Part shown: positions 48,906-63,382 of the stretch, one piece after another
Position numbering within the stretch: the first letter of the stretch is position 1
How the letters are laid out: each line of letters opens with the position of its first letter
From: the human T2T-CHM13v2.0 reference genome, Homo sapiens
Direction: 5' to 3' (one strand)
Length of the DNA stretch: 64,000 nucleotides
Assembly (NCBI RefSeq): GCF_009914755.1
Contig: NC_060934.1
Position numbers and translations under genes: made by a program
Notes under the pieces: generated by a model
Told to the model about the DNA's origin: nothing
What the model saw: the letters and a program-made list of their open reading frames with translations, nothing else
Databases searched by the model: none

Positions 48906-50087
48906 GTTATAAAATCCAGAAATAGCATTATAAGAAAGTTATATGCTACAAATACCAGAAGAAAATGGCAACCAGAGCTAAGGTGGTTCTCTCTCGAGAG
49001 AAGCCATAGGAATGGGGAGGAGGAGGAGGAAAGGAGACTCCTGCTTTGGGTTGCTGGACTTGCAATACTATTTGACTTTTCAAACAATTTATTAAATGGA
49101 ACCATGTGAAATTGCTGGCATTGTTATTGGTTTTTGACTGACAAAACAGCAATTTCATCTGCTTCAACCAAATGCATATAGTACTTTGGAGAAAACATAT
49201 AATTTTAAATTATTTTAAGTAATTTTGGTATGAGGAATACAAAAAGAAAAGAGAAGACAAAAGGGAAGTGATTCACAGATTTGGCTAGGTGAAAAGAAAA
49301 ATACCTACATGCTCTAAAATTTAGCAAAGAAAAAGTTAAGACACAACCAGAAGACCAGAAGAAAATGTGGGCAACAGAGAAGGGATGAATATTCATAATA
49401 TAAAAAGAGCTCATCAAATTAACAGAAGACTGATGAATAACCCAACAAGAAAAGGGGGCAAAGAAATGGTTAAGAGGAAAAAACAAGTGGGATTGGGAGG
49501 AAAACTACTAAAAAGTCCCACAATTACGATAAGTCACAGAACATTTTAACACGTTTTTTAAATACATATGTTTACCATAGAATAGTTTTGCCATTTATGT
49601 TAGCATGTTGCTTATAAGCCTTGTTTTAAAAACACATAAGATCTGTAGGCATTTTTAGGATTTGGCTTTTGGGGGAAAAATAGAATTCCACAAGATAATT
49701 TTCTCAAGCTATTTGTAACAAAGTAACTTTTTAGCAATATATTCTTTTTTAAATGAGAGACTATGATCAAACTTGCTTATTCTACAAAAGAACTAACGTC
49801 AAATCTTTGGTCATTAGTTGAACAGCTTCCATAAAAGAAGATACTTTTATCAGCAACACTATTCATTTATCTGTCCTATTATTTCACTGTGGAAGGATGT
49901 ATTCTTTTTAAAAGTCTTTTTATACCGTATGACTCTCTTCTCAGGTACCCTCCTAGGTTTCCTAATCTTGGTGGTATCTCAAGGAACTTCCAGGTGCACT
50001 AACCTTGTGGTTGTCTCTTGCACACATTAGAATAAGTATTTAGACCAGGAGGACATAAAGAAATGCTGTCATGGTGCACATATACTA

Positions 50088-50372
<285 letters not shown>

Positions 50373-50674
50373 TTAAGTTATCCATCTGCCAATAAGAATA
50401 CATTTTGCACAACATCAGCCCTTGAAGAAACATATTGTCTCATTTTTCTAGAAATACTCTTGGGTTACCTTTACTTTCCCATGGTTGAAAATATGGATAC
50501 AAAGAAATACTTTGCTATTATAGCACAAGCACCAGTACAACTGTTAGGAGAATGGTAACTGACAACCTGTCTCAGAATTGGCAAGTAATGAGGAATGGTG
50601 TGGACTGCGATGAACTGAAGTGCTCTTAATCTCTCCATTAAGGAATCAGTTATAATGCAGCTCAGCTAATTATT

Positions 50675-50995
<321 letters not shown>

Positions 50996-52621
50996 TGAAG
51001 GCCTATTTTGCACAAACCTTTTGTTCTGCCAAATGAGCCAGAAATTTTCATATGAAATTTCTCAGTTTGTAGGTCTAACAAAAAATATGGATCTTTGTCC
51101 CAACACAGTCTGCAGAGTGTCTGTGAGCCACCAGTTTGATATGAATTATTACATGATTCATGCTATTCTCATTCTACTTAGATGGTCCCGTTTTCTTCTA
51201 TAATTGTCTGATGTAGAATGGTCTCTTGGAAGCACAAAGCTCATCACCTTTTCCAAAGAAATAATTTTGCTGGGCCATGGGATATCTGTATGCTTAACTT
51301 CACCTGCTAGTGCCAAATTATTTTATCTAAACCCTCCCATAGTCTTAATTCCACCCAATCTAGTCTTATTTGGACTTTTTTCTCTAACGGAATTGATCGC
51401 TAAAACTGTGCTTCTAGACTATTACCTCTCGCTACTAAAAGCAGAGAACTTACCAGGATACCTATCTACAGCAGTGGGGAGAAAGTCAGAAGAGAAGTGT
51501 AGGTGAAGATAAGATGCCTGTAACAATTTCTAGGTAGTCCTGCTTTTGTTTATATTAATAACATCCCTTGGCATCTCCAAACTGGAGATTTCCTTAGAAA
51601 GTTAATCATAAGTTGATTATATTGGGGGCTGTTTAGCCAACGGTTATTTAGAGGGGTTATGGGAATAAGAAGTCATAAGGAAACATAATCAAAAAGATAT
51701 TTGAAAGAAAAAGTTATTTAGAAGCTTTGAATCATTTACAGTTAACCACAATTATTTCCTTTTTCAGATATTCAATTCTTTACCATTGGCTCGGTCATCT
51801 CTGCCTATAAAAATGATCATATTATCCTCTCTCCCACTGGAGCACTCCTATCCTCAACTATAAAAACTGCCTCGGACTCAACGGCAATCCTTCCTCTGCT
51901 GTCAACTCTGTCACTCCTTGACACCTTGCAATTTGGCTTCCGGTGAAAATGTTTCTCAGATGTTATCAGTGATTCCGCGTTGCCAAATTCAATGGCATTT
52001 TGTCAGAACTCATTGTCTTTATGTGCTCTAAAGAAACCCATATTTCTGATCACCCCTTCCTTTTGCACATCAATGTATAATATAATACATCTACTGATTA
52101 AATACTCATTTTACAAAACTCCTAAATGCTAGAAGAGAGACACAGATTTAAAATCCATATTTTGTTCTTTGGACGAAATTTTACACAAAGAATAACACTG
52201 AGTACCAAAATCTGGCAAAACTTTAATAAATGTGTCAATTACTTAACCTAAAACTTATGATCTCACCTTATCCAGTACCAAACTAAATTTCCAGGCCCAC
52301 CATCTACATATCATCGAACTTAAATATGTCCAGTGCTCTTTCCGTGCTATTTTCTTCTATCTTTATCCCCCATGCTACCTGGAATTACAGCTAACCCTTG
52401 GTGCCCAGCTCTAATGGCCTCTCTTGTGGGACTGGGTCCCTGGTTGCTTCAGGCTACGATGATCACCACCTTCTCTGAATCACAGCATTTTATGTGACAG
52501 TCATCAGATAGTGCTTTATGCCACAGTTTTCTATAATCCCTACTGTCTGATTGACTGAATATAGGCCCTTAAAGTTAGGGAGCAGGTACCATTCTTTCTA
52601 TTTTTGAGAGAAGCAGAAGCA

Positions 52622-53030
52622 TGCAGTGATGGCCATCCATGTCTTCACACCTCCCTGTATCCAAGCTCTCAGGGGGTCTCCTTCCACAGTAACCCTGGCT
52701 TGGCCATGAGACTTGTTTCATCCAATGAGATATTAGCAGATTTGATGCAAGCAGAGGCTTCCTGAGCATTTACATCCTGGAGACTGTTTTCTTTTGCTGT
52801 TCTCTGGAACTCTGAAACCACTGCATGGGCTAGCTTTGCGAAAGGTGAAACACTCCATGAAACAGAAACAAGTTCACCCACCTGAGCACCCCCAAACCAA
52901 CCAGACCCCAACCAAGACCCCAGCCTGAACAGATCCACCAAGCTGACCCAGGCCAGAAGAACCACACTGCTGACCACAGTATCATGAGAATAAATGCTTG
53001 CTGTTTAAAGCCATTACAGTTTCTGGTGAT
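52622..53030 (+). mobile_element. MLT1-like MaLR LTR
   Basis: ggccatgagacttgtttcatccaatgagatattagcaga...aataaatgcttgctgtttaaagcca. Confidence 0.75.
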
Positions 53031-53363
53031 GTAGGGGGAGGTGTTAATGGATGTACCAGGTATCTGGCACACTGTATTATTCTGAAATGAGTAAAGAATA
53101 CAATTTTAATAAAATCTCTCTCATCATCCAATTCTTACTTAGTAGATTTTCTCTAGCCTAGAAATTGAAATACTCCATATGTCTGCAAAGGGTTTTCTAG
53201 TTTGTTTTGTAAAATGAAAAATCAAAAGGCAGCAATTGTAAAAGACACAGTACAAATATTCTGTCTCTGCAGATGGGGATGTGACTTCAGGATGCTCCAT
53301 TTACCATCTTTGAGTCCTCGGGTAAATACTGTAAACTTTCTAGACCTTTGTTTCCTTTTCTTA

Positions 53364-53882
<519 letters not shown>

Positions 53883-54162
53883 TCACTACTAAAAGTAGAG
53901 AGTTTGTCATGATGCCTGGATGTGGCAAGAGTGGGAAAATTTGAAGGTAAAATGTTGGGGAAGATCATTTTAATGCCTTGAGCAATTTCTAAATATTTTC
54001 GTGTATAACAACCCTCGGCATCTCCAAACTAGAATTTTTCCCTGCCAGTACAGATTAGAAAGTTGGTCATAAGGCTTAATTATATTTGGGGCTGTTCAGT
54101 CAATGTTTACTTAGGAGGAGGCTGTGGGAATAAGAAGTCATAAAAAAGCATAAACAAAAAGT

Positions 54163-54497
<335 letters not shown>

Positions 54498-54887
54498 TTA
54501 TTTAGAAGTGTTGATTAATTCACAATTAACTAGGTAATTAGAAAAGTCCAGATGCCATTAATTGTGTAAAATTGCTTAGTGCCAATAGGATGCTTTTCCA
54601 CCGTCTATCAAAAATTATACAATTATTTTTATCTTATATCAAAAATATAAATTAGATTAATATAAAGATAGGGCATCTGGCAACGTTTCCGGAATATAAT
54701 AACCAAAGCACACTAGGAAACCCTTTGTGTCCAGCCCATTGAGCCTGTGTAACGTGAAGGTGCATGCCACCCCCACCGAATCTCAGAGCATGCGAGTGCA
54801 AATGCGCTCATTTCAGATAAAACGAGGTAATGACTTCGAGGAAAGCAACAGAAAGAAAGAGATCCTCCTCCGTGGCCAAGTGCTCAC

Positions 54888-54929
54888 CTATATAGGTTCC
54901 ACTGTTGTTACCAGCATAGTCAGCATCTT
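54888..54929 (-). CDS. MPP7: Candidate MPP7 alternative cassette exon (42 nt, phase 1/1) encoding (E)DADYAGNNSGTYI(A), HOOK insert
   Basis: Branch point CTTCTAAC (54990-54983), about 50 nt of AG-free pyrimidine-rich sequence, ccag|AAGATGCT...TATATAG|gtgagc. Frame-preserving and joins the next exon as G|CT. Resembles the recalled MPP3 segment ETCDCEGYLKGHYV-AGLRRSF. Confidence 0.75.
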   Translation of the reverse strand, partial: KMLTMLVTTVEPI

Positions 54930-55005
54930 CTGGATGGAGTGTAAAAGCATACAGAACAAAAGCCAAGAAATAAAGCAGAACAGTTAGAAGGCCAGCCGCA
55001 GACGC

Positions 55006-55033
55006 AAAAAAAAAAAAAAAAAAAAAAAAAAAA
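55006..55033. repeat. A28 homopolymer (U28 in MPP7 pre-mRNA), not attached to an Alu
   Basis: Seen directly, just upstream (in transcript) of the branch point of the 42-nt exon. Confidence 0.95.
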
Positions 55034-55239
55034 CACTTAAAACAATTAGGTAAAGCACAGCATAGAACAGCCCTTGCAATGCCACTCTTAAACATAAAAC
55101 AGTTTGTTTTATATTTAAGTTTAAAGTGATATTTTTAAACATCATGCAGGGTTTTTTTAATTCCTCCAACTTTCTTCAGTGGTTTCTTGATGCAGTTCCA
55201 AGAAAATTATACGAGACTTGTCTGAGAGGTTTATATTTT

Positions 55240-55549
55240 CTTCTTTTTTCTTTTTTCTTTTTTTTTTTGAGATGGAGTCTCACTCTTTTGCCCAGGATGG
55301 AGTGCAATGGTGCAATCTCGACTCACTGCAACCTCCGCTCCTGAGTTCAAGCGATTCTCCTGCCTCTGCCTCCTGAGTAGCTGGGATTATAGGCACGCAC
55401 CACCACACCCGGCTAATTTTTGTACTTTTAGTAGAGACAAGGTTTTGCCATGTTGGCCATGCTGGTCTCGAAATCCTGACCTCAGGTGATCCGCCCACTT
55501 TGGCCTCCCAAAGTGCTGGGATTACAGGCGTGAGCCACTACGCCCGACC
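55240..55549 (-). mobile_element. AluS
   Basis: Antisense Alu; flanking tatatttt repeat. Confidence 0.95.
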
Positions 55550-58038
55550 TATATTTTTAAAGTTAAGAAAATGATGCCACCTGATCCCCCAAAGTACATT
55601 TACTTTTGTAAATCAGGCTCTTAGATAATAGGTAAAAATACAGCACTTATTTTGGCTCATTGGATTAGACAGAAAGGTTAAGATGAAAATATGTCCTTTC
55701 TATTGATAAGAAGAGATTTCATGTTGGGAGTAACAGGGGAATGAAATATTGGTATTTCTTTTAAAGAACTGATAAAAACATTTGTAAAGTAAGCAATGTG
55801 CTAGTATTTTTAAGTCACATGAATACTAGGCTATACATATCTTAAAAACTTTATTTAAGTAGTGGGGTACTTAATATTTTAGGCCTCTTTCTTGTGGAAC
55901 TAGCAGCATAGACTGCACAGAAATAAATTAATTGAGAAGGTTCCCCTAGATCCTACATCAAAATACGTCTGTCAATACATTTGAATAATACTGTTTATTT
56001 CATTCACATTTAAGACTACTGACAGAATAAAAATATAATGTATTATTTCAGATTACATTCTATATTTCTGCTGCATAAAGCAAAAAAATGCATATTTCTT
56101 TCTAAAACAAAGTGCAACCACAATTTTTGGTATTGTAACGTCAAGATGGAAGTTTGGATGTACAACAGAGTACATTTGTAAGTTGATTGTTATATTCAAT
56201 TTAATCCTACATATATGTGCACTAAATAAAATGACTAGACTATGCAGGGTAACTTATTATACATGTACCTTTAATTTCCTCTGAGAAGCACAAAGAAAAT
56301 GAGAAAGGAAATGATTAAATGTGCAGAAAATGCAATTAGAATAGGAAGATGTTGCACCCAAAGGAAAAAAAAAATCCACCTACCACACTCAACTGTTTCC
56401 TCATCTTAGCAAAGCCAAAGGAAAAAACAAATGTATTTTAAATGTTTCAAAATTATCAGTCAACAAATAAATAGAATTTATGAAAAACTACATTTTAGGC
56501 TGCACTGCAGCCTTGTTTTAAAAAGAATGCATACACTTAAGTTGTCAAAACATAGTCCTTACATAGCTTATTAAATAACCAAATGGGAAAAATAACCAGA
56601 ACAAAAACCTTCAGCATTTTTTTCAAAATAATGTCTTTAATAAGGGGATTACATTTATTTTCATAGAACAGTTTTGTTTGTAAATCAATCTGTTCAACAC
56701 TTAAAAGAAATTTCTCGATAAAAATAGTGGAAAGAAAAAAGGATATTAGAAACAACAAATTTTGTCCTTAACATATCTAAATATCCTGTAAATTTAACAA
56801 TAACCTGACAATTATCAATGTTATATACATATCAAATGAGTTATGCAGAATCATTTATTTTTATTCTGTCTATATTATCTGATGAAAGGTATTTTAGAAA
56901 GTAATCCTAAACAGTTCCTAAATTACTAAGAGGATAGCAATTTAAAAGTTAAATATGACTTCAGAGACTCGCTTTCAGAAGGGTGGAAAAAATACTGGCA
57001 ATATTACAGAGGCAAATCTAACTATGAGTCAAGGTACAAAGCATTTCACTACAATGACCTCAGAGAAAATAGGAGTGATCAGAACAGTTCTCCCCTCATC
57101 CATCCAAGCTACAGAATAGTGGCCAAAGAAAACACTTCCAGGAAGGTGTATACCACTGTATTTTTATTTTTCAAATACCTATGGATCCTTAAACTATGTT
57201 GGCTTGGTTTGACCAGTATTAGCAAATATCACAAGCAAATCATTATTATTATTCAGGCTCGTGCTTTGAATCACCCAAGTTGTGACTTTATTTAAGCACA
57301 TGTCTTAGTAACTCTGACCTGTCATGCGCATCTAAAGCAAACGGTTAGAAAACAAGAAATAAACGATATGATGTGGCTTAGGCAAACAGCTAGGCATGAT
57401 GGACATCAGATGGGTCACTTTGAAATCTCAGGTACTCCATTATAAAGTGGGTTGTTAAACATAGAGTCTATTTTTTTATAGGACCAATGGGATAGATTAA
57501 ATACTACACCCTCGATTAAAGACTTAGCGCCATGGAAATCAAATGATAAAAGCCATACCACAAAAACCAACAAAAAATTAAAACACCAATGCCAATCCAC
57601 AAAAAAATCTGTAATTTATATCACATATAGTACATATTTCACATTCTAATAAAATTTCATGAATATGCTGTATAAATTTGCAAAAGAATGTTTCTCCATA
57701 AAATTTTTAAGTAGAGAGAAAATGATATTTTTATATCACTGATATAACCACACACATATATTCAGTAGCAAGTATCATGCTTAATGAACATCCAGTAAGA
57801 AAAGGAAACAGAATTTCTCAGACTTAGCAAGTTTGAACAAAGAGGAAAAAATATATAAAACGTTGATCTCAGAAGAGAGTTGGGATAGTCACATGATTAT
57901 TACTATGTGGAAGGCACTGTTCTGTGTACACTACAATACACAAACTTATTTAATTCCCCAACAATCTATGAGTCCAGTACTATAATCCCCATTTTTTTCA
58001 GATAAGAAAGAACCCTATAGTGAATTCTCATAATTTTA

Positions 58039-58900
58039 TGTTGCTTTGGCATCCATTGTGAATCCAGGCTTAACTTTCTCATATCAGAAACAGGGCTTAG
58101 TCGCCCTTGACATGGCTTCAAGCTCTCTGCCTCCTCCCACTTCCTCAAGGCAGCCCATCCAGATATCTGCCTTATACAACTGCCTGCTGGTGACCACCTC
58201 ACTATGGGACATACGGATACAGCCTATTTGACTCACTCCGTGACCTCTACACCCCACGTGGACCATGCAATTATGCTGCAGTGACCACCTCTCAGTCACA
58301 GCATAACTCCACGGAACTCATGCCTGCTTTCTTTACACCCACTATTTAGAACTCCCAGAAGGAAAGCTTGCTTGGGTAATGTCCTGGACCCCAGTGAAGG
58401 CTTTGGTCCCCCCATCTCTCTTGCTCCCCACACACTGGTTGAGTCTGCATCCCAGACAACTCCCCTCTTCCTGTTGGCCCTGCGAGGTATACTGCTCTCC
58501 TCTCTGGGATCTGTGAGTAATACACTACCTCTGCTATTTCATGCACCCCTGCTATTTCACGTTGCCTCCTCTGTGTCTCACCTGCCCAGCACACCTGAAT
58601 CTACAGTATTTCCTGGTCAGGGCATTCCTAGAGAGTGGCTATCTTGGTAGGAATAAACCGGAAACAGGTCAGACAAGAGCCCCAAGAGTGTCTGTCAATA
58701 TAATCAAGTCCTTATGAGAGAGGACATCTGGTCACAGGTGGACACTTAGGCATTAGGCCTTCCACCAGAAAGAAGTATCCCAAGAAAGGCACACTGCAGA
58801 CAGCCACGACCACCTCCCCTGCATCAGAGCAGGGCTAGAGTTTATAGCCACTTTCTAGAGAGAGCTCAAGAACTAATTAGAAAGAAAAAAAAATACAACA
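58039..58900. mobile_element. Solo LTR of about 860 bp (ERVL/MER54-like; subfamily uncertain) nested in a MIR
   Basis: Termini TGTTG...CAACA; GC-richer than the flanks; MIR halves at about 57900-58030 and 58900-58965. Confidence 0.7.
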
Positions 58901-59275
58901 CACTTGTCCATGTTAAAACTGGGATTTGGACCCATGCCATCTGGCTCGAGTCTGAGTTTTTAATTCAATGCTATGCTAATCATGACAAAATCATGTTTTG
59001 ATTACTCAAGTCTCAGACTAGAAATGGGCAGGAGAGAGGTCGAGGGACATAAAGTTTCTTACAAGTTTCCTACTGACTTAGCATGACCTCCCATGGCCCG
59101 CCATCCCTCCCCAAAGCTTCGGTATTCCAAGGGAGAGTCTCCTGCCAGGAGTGGCCAGGGAGGGCCAGCTCCTCTCTCCAGTGTTATCAAGAGTCCACCA
59201 TCTGCTATCTTCAAGTACATTAGAGCAGGAGAGGAAAGTTAGAAAAGTGACAAAGGGGAGGCCAAGAAGATCTCA

Positions 59276-59580
<305 letters not shown>

Positions 59581-60133
59581 AAAACCTTTTTTTTTTTTAA
59601 AGAGAAAGATAAATGTGCTGTCTTAAGAGAATGAACTAGAAAGGTTCTGTGAAAAGCACGTGGTGAGTCCTGCACACTGGGCAGTAGTAAACGTCCCATT
59701 CTGCTGGATGTCACTCTGCAAGGGACATGTGTGACACTCCTGACAAGTGGAGAAACTGTGTCTATATTAGTGTGCTATTATTCACATGGGCAAGGTTAAA
59801 TCCCCATACTAGAAACCACTTTCCTAAATTCCCCACCCCCTACCGCAATCCCTCCTAAAAGTCTGCAATAATCCGCAACCACAGATCAGACCCCTAAGAG
59901 TTAACCAATGCTTTCCAACCTGCATGGCATTGAGTCCCCAGGACAAAATACAAGAGACAATAGGGCTGAGAACGCTTCCAATGGAAAGACTAGAAGCATC
60001 TACTCTGATAGTGTTTGAGAAGCAACATCTTGGGGAATCCCAGGAGAACACAGTTCACTGAGACTGAGTGTGAGCAGTAACAGTTAGAAGGTTCTTCACC
60101 TCAACCATCTTCGATTTAAGTGATCAGATATGA

Positions 60134-60562
<429 letters not shown>

Positions 60563-63370
60563 AATGTTAGGTATTTTTTAAAACCCCACGTGTTTCTGTT
60601 TATACAAGACCCCACCAATATTAAGAAAATGTTTGACAATGTTTTAGACATACAAACTTCATGTAACAACATAAGCAATGTGTTTGTTTCTGAATTAACT
60701 TTATGTATGAAAACAACAAATAAAATTACTTAAGAATCCAGGAAGAAGAAGCTTACTCAACTTGAAAAGCTTTATTACAATGACTTGTAGCATCCTGTGA
60801 TATATTATTCCTAAGTGTTAAGACATTCCAAAATACCGGTACCGTGTGCAGTGAATTCGTTATTTTACTCAATGCTTAAATTCTTTTTTGCCTATTGTGA
60901 TTATCAACTGACAAATGTTTGCCTTTGAATGAACTAAGTTACACCTTGCTTAAATGGATACCCTTTGGCTTCAGTTAAATGTTTTCTTTTTACCTGCATA
61001 ATAATAATCATGACTAGTTAAAACAAATTCTACAATAAAATATTTTGTGTTTTCCTTTCTAATCTTTAAATGGTTGAAAAATTGTACATTCTTGTTTCTT
61101 TGACTGCAAGAATTTTTTAAGAGTTATTGTGTAAAACAAAAATTTTGAATTAAGGTTATTCAGTCAGCAATATTAGAAACTTTTAGGTTCTTATATTTTG
61201 ATAACTAAAAAAAGGAAACAACACTATAAAAACTCACACTTGAATATTCTGTTGTAAAATACACTACCTGAATAACAGCTTTTTCTTACTCCTTTCTGAA
61301 GACAATATATACTGGATTTAAATATTTAATATAAATCACATCCTACTGAACTTAAATTAATTTGATGTCATTAGGAAGACAATTCTTAACTTGTATTTAG
61401 ATTTCAATAGAAAAGCAACAAACAATACCACAAATGAATTCCTATTTCTTTCTTAACGGTTAGGTAGTACATGCAACCAAACTATAAAAATAAGTTTTAG
61501 GCAGAAAATTAGAATACTTTAAATTATATTGACACAAGAAATGCAAGCTGCCAAGTTCCTGTCATGCAAAAGTACTCCTACATTCTATCTGAGACATAAG
61601 ATTCACTTTTACTCATTTCCAGAACACTTAAGCTACATCTTGTATATAATAATCTAAAAGCTGGTCATATAAAAGAAAATCTATCAGACTTTGAGGCCTG
61701 CTTTTCTCTCTGCATTACTAATATAAATCCATTATGTGGGAACCTATCATTAGATGATGGAGAGGGAGGGAAACAAATTTCCATTACAAATATCTTTGTT
61801 CGGTAAGCAATTCTTCCAAAAAATAGGGGGAGGAGACAAGTCCTTATATCCAGCTACTTAAGACTTAGAAATATTTTAGGTTTAAGAGGTCATGTTTTAG
61901 TTTTCAGGAATTTTTTAAGAGGTAAATTATTTTTTTGTTTGAAAAGCCTTTTTATTCTTCTGGGTTTGTATTAGATACACAAAGATTCTTTAGGGGAGGA
62001 CATAACCAAGCAACAAAGATGAATATGACTTGCACTTATGAATTTTGCATAAGGAGGCTAGTTTCAAAGCCTAAAGAGGTTGTTATTATCATGGCTCCTG
62101 ATTTTACTTACCTTGGAGCCAAGAACTAGAGCTCTAGCACAAATATAAGTGCAAAAATGCAAAGACAGTAAGATTGGGATGTGCCCTTCCTTATTTATTT
62201 CTATGTTGATATTAACTGAAACCCTATAGTTCCAGAACCATCTTCCATGAACTTTTCCCCCATGCAAACTCAAGTTATGGTGATACACTACAAATGAAAT
62301 AAAAAGCAAAATAAAGATTTAGAAAAGAGTAATACGAGCAATCACTTTGTATAAAAAGTTAACTGGCTAATTTCGTAAATGGTATTATGTGACTAAATTC
62401 ATTATTTCAAATCCTATATTTGCAATTTCCTCCTAGATGTTAAGTACACTTGTAAAAATTAGTGGATAAAGTTTTTATCACTGTATTTTTAAAATAAATT
62501 TATAAACATTGACATGATAGAATTATTCTTCCTTTATAAATTTTAATTGAATCAGAAACTTTTTTTACAACCCTATTCTATTAATATTCAAAATCATAAA
62601 AACAAAAGATTTTATACCAACTTGCTGTTTTTCTTCATGGCATTTTCCTATAATTCAACAAAGGGCATGATAACGTAAGTTTCCTATTCCAAAACCCTAA
62701 GTACCAAATATTGAAATCCAGAAAGTAGTGGATCAGATGGCCTTTACAAGTTTTAGTTTGGTAAAGAATCATCATCAAAACATAGGTTAAAGTGTTTTTA
62801 AATGCCATTTAAAATGTTCAGAATCAATACAATGATTTATGCATAACTTTTAACTTTATGTGAGACAATATTCAAGGAAATTTCAAGTAGAATTTCAATT
62901 CTTTGAGAATAAAGACATTAGCTGCCTATTTGTCACAGAAATATATTGTCTCTCTGAACAAGTCCATATCTGTTATATGTTTATGATTTAATAAGGATAA
63001 TTTTGACCAGATTTATTTGAAAATAAATAACATATATAAAAACAAACAATGCATCTCTCAGTGAATCAAACTCTAGTTTAATAAGAGAGACAGAGAGAGA
63101 GGAGAAAGAAAGAGAGGAGGACCAGCAAACATTTCTGAATGGTATTCAAGAGGCAGAAAAAGCAAAAACAAAAACAAAAAAAAACAAAATTAGTCAAATG
63201 AGGACATTTCAGTAAAGATAAATGCTAGAATAAATATTTATCAGATCCAAATATTGAAGTATTAACATAAAAAAGAAATCATGCAAATCAACATACAAAA
63301 GGACTCCGTTACAATTAATACTTCTACATACACACACAAACAAACACACATACCCCCACACACACCTCAC

Positions 63371-63382
63371 CTTCCTATGCAT
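63371..63382 (-). other. MPP7: Candidate 12-nt MPP7 microexon ATGCATAGGAAG (phase 1/1) with in-frame TAG
   Basis: ttctatatag|ATGCATAGGAAG|gtgagg followed by a UG-rich tract; phase-compatible with the 42-nt exon. Confidence 0.45.

Noticed and set aside
54720-55033. + strand processed pseudogene (AATAAA near 54969 followed by A28; ORF 54727..54987)
   Set aside because: No convincing target-site duplication and no recognisable parent protein. The features are better explained as the pyrimidine tract and exon on the minus strand.
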